Shown: piece after piece, positions 10,022-19,366 of the stretch
Numbering within the stretch: position 1 is the stretch's first letter
How the letters are laid out: every line of letters begins with the position of its first letter
Assembly (NCBI GenBank): GCA_043827025.1
Contig: JBDRPL010000002.1
Span: forward strand, 1-63,124
Source of the DNA: Candidatus Micrarchaeota archaeon
Lineage (GTDB): Archaea > Micrarchaeota > Micrarchaeia > Anstonellales > Bilamarchaeaceae
Reading direction: 5' to 3'
DNA: 63,124 bases
Program-made: the position numbers and the translations under genes
Notes under the pieces: generated by a model
The model's database searches: none
Told to the model about the DNA's origin: nothing
The model's input: only the letters and a program-made list of their open reading frames with translations

Positions 10022-11046
10022 TCTGCACTTATCCATTTGCCCCATGCGATCTTTGGTTTCCCATCATTTCCAAATAATCCCATAGTGTTGAAAGGTTCGA
10101 TTGTTTTTTGATCGTATAAAAAGCTCCAAATTACAATCTCCTTATTCAGATCTTCACTAAGCTCAAAAAACATATTGACAAATTCAACCTGCTCTTCTTC
10201 ACTGCTTTCCCATCCCTTTGGGCTTGGAGCACTGTGCCAGCCTAACTCAGTAAAAACAATTGGTTTGGTGGTGTGCGATTCAATCTCAGAATAATAATCA
10301 ACTGGAATATCGGATGGATTTTTGTAAATCAAATCAGGATAAGAAGTGAACGCTATCGCATCGCTTTTTGTGAATTTGTCAAGTAGAAACCATTCTGAAT
10401 TCACAGGATTGTTTTCCCCGCCAAACAAACCACCATTCATGCCTTTCATTTTTTCCAGTTGAAAAATAGTGAATATCCTTGTGTCAGGCGATTCAGCCTT
10501 TATCGCATCGTAGACTTCACCATAGAATTGAACAAATGAATCAAAATCTGTTTGGGATTTTTCATAAAGCACATTGACTTCAACTCCTATGCCAATGTAT
10601 TTTGGTTTGTATTTCTTAGCAAACTCAACCAAAGAATGTTTGTAATTTTGCTTGGTTGAATCATCCAAAGGCCTTAGTAATTGGCCTGTTGATTGCTGAA
10701 AGAACTGAATACAAATCAAAGGAGTATAACCATAGGTCGAAGACAATTCCGCCACTATCTGCGGTGCTCCGCCTTCTTTGCCTAGCTCATTCCAATCCCC
10801 AACCCATGAAACGATTTGTCCAGCCTGCTTTGCCTTGGCAAAGAAATCAATGAAATCGCCCTCATTAAAACTTCTTGGGGAAAGGCTGACCCCTTTCATT
10901 AATTGGTTTTGAGTCTTGAGTTTCGAGTCTTGGATGTTTTGGACTTTAAGTCCTGCATCAGATTGAATGTCTGCTCTTTCAGACTGAGTACAACCAAAAA
11001 GAAATAATGAAAAGACCAATACCAAAAGTATAAAATATTTGGTCAT
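10018..11046 (-). CDS. Lipoprotein with glycoside-hydrolase-like TIM barrel
   Basis: Lipobox LFGC; GVEVN and VFTELGW clan-GH-A-like acidic residues. Confidence 0.65.
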   Translation of the reverse strand: MTKYFILLVLVFSLFLFGCTQSERADIQSDAGLKVQNIQDSKLKTQNQLMKGVSLSPRSFNEGDFIDFFAKAKQAGQIVSWVGDWNELGKEGGAPQIVAELSSTYGYTPLICIQFFQQSTGQLLRPLDDSTKQNYKHSLVEFAKKYKPKYIGIGVEVNVLYEKSQTDFDSFVQFYGEVYDAIKAESPDTRIFTIFQLEKMKGMNGGLFGGENNPVNSEWFLLDKFTKSDAIAFTSYPDLIYKNPSDIPVDYYSEIESHTTKPIVFTELGWHSAPSPKGWESSEEEQVEFVNMFFELSEDLNKEIVIWSFLYDQKTIEPFNTMGLFGNDGKPKIAWGKWISAD

Positions 11047-12329
11047 CCTCTAATTTCCCTCATATGTTCAATCCTTTTCTGTATCAGGGCAGCAGTACCG
11101 ATATCTTCCCTGTGCCACACAGGCCCTTTGATTAATTTGCAGCCTTCTTCTGCAATTCTTTCTGCTTTTTCCAATGTTTCTGCAACCCCAAGTATGCCAA
11201 ATGCACGTGAAGAAGTTGTAAATATGTTTCCATCTTTTTCGTAAACAGATGCATAATATATCCTTGCAACTGAAGGCATGACAAGGACTTCAAGATCCTT
11301 CCTTGGAGCATCAGGATATCCGTCAGGAACAATATATTTCAGAACTGTGCACCTATCTTCAAATTCCACCTTGCACAGGTTGCCTTTTGCCATTGACATA
11401 AAAACGCGCGAAAGTGGAGTCTTCAGGACAGAAAGAACATTCATTGCCTCTGGATCGCCGAATCTTGCATTGAATTCAATGACTTTTGGCCCGTCTTTCG
11501 TAACCATGAACTGGCCATATAACACTCCAACAAAAGTATGGCCTTCCTTGTGCAATGCACTTACAACCTCTTGTAGTATTTCCTTTGCCTGATCAAGATC
11601 ACTTTGATTTAAGAAAGGAAGCAATTTTCCAGTTGAATATGAACCCATGCCGCCAGTATTCGGCCCCTTATCCCCTACAAATGCACGTTTATGATCTTGA
11701 ACCGGGGGCATGGATTCTATTTTATTGCCATCCGAGAATGCCTGGAATGTAAATTCTTCTCCAATTAATTCCTCTTCAATCAAAACCGAACCATCCTTCA
11801 CAAGCCATTCATCTGCATATTTGATTGCATCTTCAACAGTTGGAAAATGATCCTTTGAAACACGAACTCCTTTTCCACCTGTAAGTCCAAGAGGCTTTAC
11901 TGCAACCATCTGGTACTCTTTAATTATAAGTTCAACCTCTTCTTTGCTCTTGACAACCTTGTGCCTTATTTGGCCTTTTACAGCGTATTTCTCCATGAGC
12001 ATGCGCATGAAACTCTTGTCCCATTCTATCTGCGAACCTTTCCTGCTTGGCGATGCAACCAAAACGCCATGCTCTGCCATGACATCACTTATGCCTGCCG
12101 CAAGGGTTGCATCCGGAGAAGCAAATCCAAGATCAAACTTTTCCTTTGATTCAGTAAGAATGCGTGAAACCTCATTGGCATCTTCGATATTTGCAACCCA
12201 GTAATTCTTGCACAGCTTTGCAATTGCGGGATTCTTCTTTGACATTATTGCATATACGTCAGAGTCCTGGGCCAGCTTCTCTGCGATGACATGTTCACGT
12301 GCACCATTACCGATAATTAGGATTTTCAT
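11043..12329 (-). CDS. purD: Phosphoribosylamine-glycine ligase
   Basis: GNGAREH, QDHKR..GD.GPNTGGMG and EFNARFGDPE motifs. Confidence 0.95.
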   Translation of the reverse strand: MKILIIGNGAREHVIAEKLAQDSDVYAIMSKKNPAIAKLCKNYWVANIEDANEVSRILTESKEKFDLGFASPDATLAAGISDVMAEHGVLVASPSRKGSQIEWDKSFMRMLMEKYAVKGQIRHKVVKSKEEVELIIKEYQMVAVKPLGLTGGKGVRVSKDHFPTVEDAIKYADEWLVKDGSVLIEEELIGEEFTFQAFSDGNKIESMPPVQDHKRAFVGDKGPNTGGMGSYSTGKLLPFLNQSDLDQAKEILQEVVSALHKEGHTFVGVLYGQFMVTKDGPKVIEFNARFGDPEAMNVLSVLKTPLSRVFMSMAKGNLCKVEFEDRCTVLKYIVPDGYPDAPRKDLEVLVMPSVARIYYASVYEKDGNIFTTSSRAFGILGVAETLEKAERIAEEGCKLIKGPVWHREDIGTAALIQKRIEHMREIRG

Positions 12330-12347
12330 AAGGATTAATTTGTTGGA

Positions 12348-12467
12348 TTAAGATTTTAAACCAAAAGCCTTCAGCACAGAATCGATGAAACCCTTCTTCA
12401 TCTCCTTCCTGATGGTATATTTCCGTTCAATAGGATAGTTTCTTAGTATCATGAATTCCTTTTCCAT
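12348..12467 (-). CDS. Putative 39-aa microprotein MEKEFMILRNYPIERKYTIRKEMKKGFIDSVLKAFGLKS
   Basis: Fills the gap after the ATPase operon; GTGAT SD upstream; translated by hand (below track cutoff). Confidence 0.5.
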   Translation of the reverse strand: MEKEFMILRNYPIERKYTIRKEMKKGFIDSVLKAFGLKS

Positions 12468-12484
12468 AATATCACTGATCCAAA

Positions 12485-13171
12485 TCAAGAACTCCGCTTT
12501 ATGTAGCCTTCCTTTGCAAGAGTGCTAAGCGCTTCCTCTGCTCTGGCAGATGCGACATTGAAGGCCTTGCAGAATTCTGAAACATCAATTGAGCCATTGT
12601 GAAGCTTTATCCATTTGTACATCTCTTCCTTCAGCACTTCATCGCTCACTGACTCTAATTTGGCAATCCTTTTCCTAAGCTCTTCGTTCTTGCTCTCGTA
12701 TTCCAAAAGTATCCTTGCATTCTGTTCTCCTGAACGAAGCACTTCTTCATATTTCCGGTTCAAAGATTCATAGCTTGATTTGATGCCATTGAGCTCTAAA
12801 GAAACATCAACTGCATCCTTGTCTATGACTTTCTCGAGTTCCTTCAGGTGAACTATGATGAAATCATATATCCTGGGCGAAGCATCATAGAACGGGCTGA
12901 CGACAACAAGCAGACTGAGAAGCACAGGAAAAAGCTCAAGCATTCTTCTAGTGTTGCTAACCTTTGGCTGGAGGCTGTAAAAAAACAATAATCCATTCTT
13001 CTTGAAAACTATTTTGTAGTCAAGGCTTTCATCCCCAAGCATCTTCTCTGCAACTATTCCTTCATTAGTCACTTCGATCTTGCTGAATCCCAATGGTTGC
13101 AATGCCTTGAGTATGCCTGCAGTGCTTTTAGCTTTCATTTTTGCATCAATTGCAAGAGCTGGCGGAAACAT
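12485..13171 (-). CDS. Coiled-coil protein with C-terminal winged helix (ATPase operon partner)
   Basis: Heptad region followed by IDVSEFCKAFNV...LAKEGYI. Confidence 0.7.
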   Translation of the reverse strand: MFPPALAIDAKMKAKSTAGILKALQPLGFSKIEVTNEGIVAEKMLGDESLDYKIVFKKNGLLFFYSLQPKVSNTRRMLELFPVLLSLLVVVSPFYDASPRIYDFIIVHLKELEKVIDKDAVDVSLELNGIKSSYESLNRKYEEVLRSGEQNARILLEYESKNEELRKRIAKLESVSDEVLKEEMYKWIKLHNGSIDVSEFCKAFNVASARAEEALSTLAKEGYIKRSS

Positions 13172-13172
13172 G

Positions 13173-14603
13173 TTAATCCTCCAGCCTAAGATTCACAACG
13201 CCTTTCTTGGCATTCCTCATCTTTGCAAGCGAAAACACCTGCACAAGATTCTTCTCACCTACTCCCAACTGCCTTAGAAGCGAAATTATAGAGGATTTGG
13301 AATAGCCGAATTTGGTAAGTATGGCAACGATATTTTCCCCATCAGCCTTGCCATCATTCTTTTCAAACTCTGATTTTACCATGCCTATCTGGCCCTCATC
13401 CAATCCATGATTGTAAAGCATCTTGACCAACTGGTCCCGTTCGATTTCAATTTCCATCTTTCCACCCTTCAATTTATACATGAACAAAGGCTCTTCGCCA
13501 TCGATTTTGTTCAAAAGAAAAGTTCTTGCATTGGACTGCCTTTTTGCGAATATCATGTTTATTGCGCAATCCCCTACCCCAAACTTTGAGATCTCCTGGT
13601 CGATATGTTCAGAATAACCTATGGAGTTTTGCATATAATCCCTGAACTCCTTGAGGACAAGCCTAAGCATGAAAATAGTACCGATGTTGCTGAATATGGT
13701 TTTATGAAGGTCTGTAGGGTTCTGTGAGGAAACTATCAATGCAAAATTATATTTCCTGCCTTCCCTCACAATCGTGATGACATCGCTCCTTTCATCCTGG
13801 GCGATTTTCCATGCCTCGTCAAGCACAACAAAAAGATCCACACCCCTATCTTTCTTTATGCCTTTTTTTCTCATTATCTCTTTTATATGCTGGAGAATAG
13901 TCAGTCCTGCAAGGCTTCTTATCTCTTCAGTAGGAAGATCATGCAAATCTATGCACACAAGGCCGGATTCAGTAAGTTGATTTATCTTGAAGGTAGATTT
14001 ACCTGCAAAGAAGTCAGTGCCTTCGCTTGTGAAACGCTTCAGGAGCCTTGATGCCCGCTTATTGCCTTTTTTTTCAAGTATTTTCTGGACGTCCACCAAA
14101 GTTGGACTTTTTTTCTCGTAGGCAATTTCAATCGCTTCTTCGATTTCATCCCTCTCGTCCCTGTATTTCTTGAGGTCAACAAGTATATCAAGAGCAGAAA
14201 TGATCTGCTTTATGCGGTCACGCTTGGGTATGCCTTCGCAATCAAGAAGATTCAGTTTCTCTTTTCCCAATCGTATTGTCTTTCCACCAGCCTGCCTTAC
14301 CCACTCATTATATTCTCCCACCCAATCCAGGATTATTGCATTGGAATTCCAAGTTATTGCTGCACGCGTCAGGAATGTTTTTACAAGATAGCTCTTTCCT
14401 GAACCAGTTATTCCAAGCACTGCGATATGAGGATTGATCAGGTTCGCAGGGTTCCAGAAAACAGGCGTCCCAAGATATCTTGTCTTTCCTATGTATATAC
14501 TGTTCGTTGGATCATTCATCAAAAGATCTTTCTTTGGCTCAGGCGGATGGACAAGAATCATCTTATTTGCAAGCTCTTTTGATAATAGGTAATTGGTTTT
14601 CAT
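13173..14603 (-). CDS. VirB4/HerA-FtsK superfamily ATPase (CedB/TraC-like)
   Basis: NPHIAVLGITGSGKS Walker A, VVLDEAW Walker B, REGRKY, SSQNP. Confidence 0.85.
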   Translation of the reverse strand: MKTNYLLSKELANKMILVHPPEPKKDLLMNDPTNSIYIGKTRYLGTPVFWNPANLINPHIAVLGITGSGKSYLVKTFLTRAAITWNSNAIILDWVGEYNEWVRQAGGKTIRLGKEKLNLLDCEGIPKRDRIKQIISALDILVDLKKYRDERDEIEEAIEIAYEKKSPTLVDVQKILEKKGNKRASRLLKRFTSEGTDFFAGKSTFKINQLTESGLVCIDLHDLPTEEIRSLAGLTILQHIKEIMRKKGIKKDRGVDLFVVLDEAWKIAQDERSDVITIVREGRKYNFALIVSSQNPTDLHKTIFSNIGTIFMLRLVLKEFRDYMQNSIGYSEHIDQEISKFGVGDCAINMIFAKRQSNARTFLLNKIDGEEPLFMYKLKGGKMEIEIERDQLVKMLYNHGLDEGQIGMVKSEFEKNDGKADGENIVAILTKFGYSKSSIISLLRQLGVGEKNLVQVFSLAKMRNAKKGVVNLRLED

Positions 14604-14608
14604 CTTGC

Positions 14609-15385
14609 TCAGAACACCTCGTCTTTCAGTTCTTCTGAAGTTGTTGGAAAGAACGCGTCCCATTCAAAGCACTTAATCATACCCAAATCAGATAGGTCAA
14701 TTATGTCACAGCCAAGTGAGCTGGAAAGTATTGTCTTAACCTCATTGACCTGCCTCTTTACCCTTGAAACCGCATCCTCTCTTGTGAGGCCGAATGCAGT
14801 TGTTGAGGCGTAGGAAGTGATTTCAACAGGCTTCTCGCCATGAGTCAATCTTTCAAGCAACTTGTTGTAAGAAGAAATTTCACGGTCCAATTTAACTGCA
14901 TCGCCTGAGTCCCTTATCTTGGATCTTCTTGCCTCAGCAGCGCTTCTTTTGGTCTTTATATCATCCATATGCACCGAAAGGTCAAGGGGAGAAACCATCA
15001 TGGAAATCTTGACAATGTATTTTAGAGAGCTTATGGCTTTCTCAAAGGATTCAAACATATGTTGTTTTCCTGAAGAGTCCTTGTCCCTGGAGCTTTCATA
15101 AAATTGTATTTCCATGAACTTTGTGGCATGGTAGCCAGTAGCTGACTTTTTGATTATGTAGTCCCTGGACGGAGGTATCTCGTATCCTCCCCGAACTTCG
15201 ATTACCTTTGCAGCCCGAGTTATCATCGGAAAGATTATGTAACCATATCTCCAGAAAACTATGCTCAGGAAAAAGAGGAATGCAGCCAGAAAGCTGAACA
15301 GGGCATTGCCCTGGGAAATCGAAAGGAATATTGAAATAATTCCGCCTAATATAGCTGCTACTGCTATTGCTCTGTTGGAAATCAT
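14609..15385 (-). CDS. Membrane protein, two N-terminal TMs plus a cytoplasmic domain (VirB3/VirB4-N-terminus-like)
   Basis: Two TM helices, then an alpha/beta domain with coiled coil; immediately upstream of the ATPase. Confidence 0.6.
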   Translation of the reverse strand: MISNRAIAVAAILGGIISIFLSISQGNALFSFLAAFLFFLSIVFWRYGYIIFPMITRAAKVIEVRGGYEIPPSRDYIIKKSATGYHATKFMEIQFYESSRDKDSSGKQHMFESFEKAISSLKYIVKISMMVSPLDLSVHMDDIKTKRSAAEARRSKIRDSGDAVKLDREISSYNKLLERLTHGEKPVEITSYASTTAFGLTREDAVSRVKRQVNEVKTILSSSLGCDIIDLSDLGMIKCFEWDAFFPTTSEELKDEVF

Positions 15386-15394
15386 ATCATCACA

Positions 15395-16366
15395 TCATAC
15401 GAATTTTATTGTTGAAGAGAATATTTCGCCCCCCAATATGTTGGTCAGCTCCTTAACAAAAACAATTGTGACTATAAGGGAGAATAAAGGCGCGAGTATT
15501 GAATATAAGGTAATTTTTGAAATAGCATTCGAATTCGAATCTATTAGCTGGGTCAGATCCTGGGTAAAGTCAACTTCCGCTTCTGTCATGTTAGTTGTGT
15601 TTCTTCCGCTCATGAGGTCTATCTTCTGTGCGATTGCATAATTGTTATTCAAATCGATTATCGGAACTGTTGCATAGCCTGGATTTGAATTAAATCTTGC
15701 TGTTGTATTTACAGCCAAAACCACATCATTTATAGGGTCTGGAAAGATAGAAATAAAGGAAGGGTAGACCAGGAATAAGGCAATTGAAACCGAGATGACA
15801 AAACCTCCCATCTTCCTTGTTGCGAAAAACACCCTGAGTATAAGGCCCACTGACAACAGCAGTCCAAGCGCATTCTGAGATACAAAGAAAAGTATCTGAA
15901 GGTTGAGATCTATCAAGATCATGCTTATTTGCAATGCCTGAACCTGGGAAGAAAGAGTGTCAGAAACAGCTTTCAGGTTAGTGAAAGGCTGGATGGAAAA
16001 TGATCCGAAATCAAGGTTCAGGGTTTGATAATATCCAATTATCTGAAGGGCCTGAACATCCTGGTCAAGAAGGTCGAATGAATTTGAAGACAATCTTTCA
16101 AAGGAACAGGACAGATCAGTTATTACATCCCCTTCTATACATTCGTTCTGCGAAATGTCCGAGCCAATCAAGGTCAATGTTCCCACTATAAGAACTATGG
16201 CTCCAACAATTGCCGCATTTACAATTGACTGCGCCAGTTCTTCCAAACCAAACGATTCAAGCCTCTTGTTGCTGATGGCACGCCCCAATCCAAGGATAAT
16301 GCCTGACAGTATGATGGAAGCTGAGACAACTAGTAATGCCAAATCTAAACTTACTTCCCCCTCCAT
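15395..16366 (-). CDS. Polytopic membrane protein, CedA/VirB6-like
   Basis: About 5 TMs with GLILRVFFATRKMGG..I...L..VYP segment; first gene of the ATPase operon. Confidence 0.55.
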   Translation of the reverse strand: MEGEVSLDLALLVVSASIILSGIILGLGRAISNKRLESFGLEELAQSIVNAAIVGAIVLIVGTLTLIGSDISQNECIEGDVITDLSCSFERLSSNSFDLLDQDVQALQIIGYYQTLNLDFGSFSIQPFTNLKAVSDTLSSQVQALQISMILIDLNLQILFFVSQNALGLLLSVGLILRVFFATRKMGGFVISVSIALFLVYPSFISIFPDPINDVVLAVNTTARFNSNPGYATVPIIDLNNNYAIAQKIDLMSGRNTTNMTEAEVDFTQDLTQLIDSNSNAISKITLYSILAPLFSLIVTIVFVKELTNILGGEIFSSTIKFV

Positions 16367-16427
16367 CGGAATTTATATCTGGCTGAAGGTTTTAAACAGT
16401 TGTTATTCTGCCAAAAATAAGAAAAAA

Positions 16428-16544
16428 TTAGTTAGAGCATCCGCCCCAGCCGCAACTGATACACATCATGCAACCTTCTTGGAATATAAGATTAGATTCG
16501 CAACAAGGGCACAGACCTGCCTTGATTCGCTCAGTTTCGTCCAT
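16428..16544 (-). CDS. 38-aa stand-alone Zn-ribbon protein MDETERIKAGLCPCCESNLIFQEGCMMCISCGWGGCSN
   Basis: CPxC...EGCxxCxxCGWxxC pattern as in the C-terminus of class II ribonucleotide reductases; translated by hand. Confidence 0.7.
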   Translation of the reverse strand: MDETERIKAGLCPCCESNLIFQEGCMMCISCGWGGCSN

Positions 16545-16760
16545 TCAAAATCGCCAGTAACAATTACTTAGCAAATATATAAAAAGACTCTTTTTGCCGA
16601 CGTGAAAAAGTTGTGTGCGTTTGTAAACGTTTGGTTTTTCTTAGTCGGGAAAAATTGGAAAAAGAATTTGAAAAAATAAGATACAAAAACAAAATGAAAC
16701 GAACATGCAGATTTAAATTATCTTTCCTAGAAACAAATAGAATAGTGGAAGTGTGGTTAT
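16545..16760. other. AT-rich intergenic region upstream of cdc6; possible replication origin
   Basis: A-tracts at about 16650-16705 next to cdc6; no convincing full ORB seen. Confidence 0.3.
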
Positions 16761-17948
16761 ATGGTTAATTCTTTTGACGAGATCCTTGCGAAAAAAAGCA
16801 TTTTCAAAGACGTCTCAGTCCTTTCTCCGCATTTCGTACCTCAGAACCTTCCTTTCAGGGATGACCAGATACAATTGATAATGAGGACTGTTTCTCCTGC
16901 CCTTAAATCACAGAAGCCAAGGAATCTTTTCATCTACGGGACAACAGGGACTGGAAAGACCTGTTGTACCAAATGGGTGATGGATGAATTCAATAAAATA
17001 GGCAAGAATTGCAAGATGGTTTATCTTAATTGCCGAGTATATAATTCAAGATATAGGATATTGCAAAGATTTCTCAAGGAATACGATGAGGAATTCGCAA
17101 AATCAGGTTTCGGCCTTACTGTTCTTTATGAAAAACTGTTGGAACTGATTGGAGGAAACAACCAGATGATACTTGTGCTTGATGAAATAGACATGGTCAA
17201 GGACCTTGATGACCTTGTTTACACTCTCACCCGGGCAAATGACGAGGTAAGAAATACGGGCGGAGTTTCAATAGTGGGCATCTCTAACAAGCTTTCATTC
17301 AAAGATGCCCTAGATCCAAGAAGCAAATCAAGCCTTTCCGAGATAGAGATGATTTTTCCGCCTTATACTTCAGAACAACTGAAGGAAATACTCAAGCAGA
17401 GGATAGATGGTGGTTTCGGCGAGAACGTAGTTTCAGATTCTGCAATCAATCTTGCAGCTGCAATCACCTCACAAACATCAGGAGATGCAAGATACGCACT
17501 TAAATTGCTTGTGAAGGCAGGTGAAATAGTTGAGCAACAGGGAAAGGAAGAATTAACAGATACTGAAGTTGAGAATGCAAGGAAAATGGTTGAGTTAGAC
17601 TTGGCAGCTGAGACGATTGCGACCTTGCCGGACAACCATCAGATGGTTCTCTATGCAATTGCAGACCTCACAACAAAAGGCGGGAAGTATGAAAGGCTTC
17701 AGGGATTGGAAAAAGGATTCCTTTTCTCAGGAGAGGTCTACGAAGAATATGAATTGATTTGCAAAAAACTAAAGAAAAGGCCAAGGAGCCTGAGATGGTA
17801 CAAGGAATACCTCAATGACTTGGAGATGCTTGGCCTGATCTCCACAAAACCATCGTCAACAGGAATAAGGGGCCACACAACACTAATCAAGCTTGGACAT
17901 TCTGCGAATAACATACTTGAGATAGTACAAAAGAATCTGGACATCTGA
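16761..17948 (+). CDS. cdc6: Orc1/Cdc6 replication initiator
   Basis: GTTGTGKT Walker A, LDEID, GDARYAL; C-terminal wHTH with G.RG.T. Confidence 0.95.
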   Translation: MVNSFDEILAKKSIFKDVSVLSPHFVPQNLPFRDDQIQLIMRTVSPALKSQKPRNLFIYGTTGTGKTCCTKWVMDEFNKIGKNCKMVYLNCRVYNSRYRILQRFLKEYDEEFAKSGFGLTVLYEKLLELIGGNNQMILVLDEIDMVKDLDDLVYTLTRANDEVRNTGGVSIVGISNKLSFKDALDPRSKSSLSEIEMIFPPYTSEQLKEILKQRIDGGFGENVVSDSAINLAAAITSQTSGDARYALKLLVKAGEIVEQQGKEELTDTEVENARKMVELDLAAETIATLPDNHQMVLYAIADLTTKGGKYERLQGLEKGFLFSGEVYEEYELICKKLKKRPRSLRWYKEYLNDLEMLGLISTKPSSTGIRGHTTLIKLGHSANNILEIVQKNLDI

Positions 17949-18007
17949 TTTTTAAACTTTTGCACACCTAAATAATAAATAGGTAATATTGTAAAATGTG
18001 TGATAAT

Positions 18008-19243
18008 ATGAGAATAGTTCAACAAAGAGTTAAACAGTTCGAAGGAAAAGGAATAAGAGCCATTCACCCTCATTTAAATGAACAGGCACCTGACTTCTGG
18101 AGAAAAATAGTTGGACAGAAAAGAATATCGGCATATGAATCAATCTTGGCATTTGAAAATGGATTTGAAAGATTTGGACAAATGCAAATGCCTTCGGAAT
18201 TAACAGGAATGTCTTTTTTTAGAGCTGCAGGAACAGTGATTTCCATACAAGATGAAGGTTCCAGGCAAGAAGTTGGAAGAATGCTTGAAAGAATCGAATT
18301 CGGAGGCGCGTTCCTTGTTGTGGGACATGGTGGCAAATATAAATGCGGCGGAGTTGCAGCAGGCCAAGGCCACCATTCCGGAGCAGACCTTTCCAAAGAA
18401 CATGAATTTGTCAGGCACATTGCCAGCCAAATCGACCCCGAAGTGGTTAGTCAGGAATCAGGGCTTGCAGAATTGACAAATGCAATGGCACAGGCACAGA
18501 AAGTGCTCAATGATTCGGAATTCGGGGCAAGTATACGACAGAAGAATATCAGCATAATTGCAGCAGTTGCAACTCACAATAGACTGCATTTCATTGCAGT
18601 TAACAGGCCGATCTGGAAAGAAGGGGACATCTTAAGAAAACACCCATTGCTTTATGCATTGAAAAGAAAGGTGGAACGTGGCCATAAGACAATGGAAATT
18701 GAACAAAAACCTGCAACCCATTATGCCCATGCAATAATTGTTTATGACCCATTGGATATGAGAACGGTTTTGGATCCTCAGAGAGAGAAGTTAAGTGTAG
18801 GAGGTTTGACCTGCGTTGATGCAAGACAACAGATAAGAACTCCTGATGGGCCGGCATACCTTTTCAGGCTCCATGGAAATGAAGCTTTTGCAGCTACAGT
18901 TGGAATTGTTGGAAATGAGGTAAGTCTTTCATGGGATGACACGGGTTCGATAATCTATGCGTTGGGCCATGTAGATGGAGTGAATTCACTCGCTCACCAT
19001 GGAGAAAAAGGAAATGGGCATATCATGGCATTGGCAACTACTCCTGAAAGGGCGATGTTGATAAGAACTGCGCTTATGAATATAGAACCAATCCAAAATG
19101 CAACAAACAATGGAGAAACTCTTTCAACTGCTTCATTCAATGGCCAAGCACTTGAAATTTCAAGATTTGATGGAGATATGCTCTGGCAGACGCTTAGATC
19201 TGAACTCAATCCTCACCAGCAGGTTTTACCACCTAGATCTTAG
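18008..19243 (+). CDS. Hypothetical protein with two degenerate beta-carbonic-anhydrase-like halves
   Basis: LVVGHGGKYKCGGV resembles H-x-x-C-G; second half has GSIIYALGH; GTGAT SD before ATG 18008. Confidence 0.45.
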   Translation: MRIVQQRVKQFEGKGIRAIHPHLNEQAPDFWRKIVGQKRISAYESILAFENGFERFGQMQMPSELTGMSFFRAAGTVISIQDEGSRQEVGRMLERIEFGGAFLVVGHGGKYKCGGVAAGQGHHSGADLSKEHEFVRHIASQIDPEVVSQESGLAELTNAMAQAQKVLNDSEFGASIRQKNISIIAAVATHNRLHFIAVNRPIWKEGDILRKHPLLYALKRKVERGHKTMEIEQKPATHYAHAIIVYDPLDMRTVLDPQREKLSVGGLTCVDARQQIRTPDGPAYLFRLHGNEAFAATVGIVGNEVSLSWDDTGSIIYALGHVDGVNSLAHHGEKGNGHIMALATTPERAMLIRTALMNIEPIQNATNNGETLSTASFNGQALEISRFDGDMLWQTLRSELNPHQQVLPPRS

Positions 19244-19366
19244 TATTTTCTATTTCTAAACTAAAAAATTCCGATCCGAATAATTCTTTCACAAATGTAT
19301 AAATAATTTATTGCTGATGCTAATTGATAAAAAATAAATAGAAATAAAAATAAAAGGTGAAATCTT

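Noticed and set aside
13173..14603. Repair helicase HerA partnered with Rad50
   Set aside because: Context is membrane proteins; no nurA or mre11 is adjacent and rad50 is 42 kb away.
16700..16760. Mini-ORB (TTCCTAGAAAC) before cdc6
   Set aside because: Weak match and not repeated; the origin cannot be confirmed from sequence alone.
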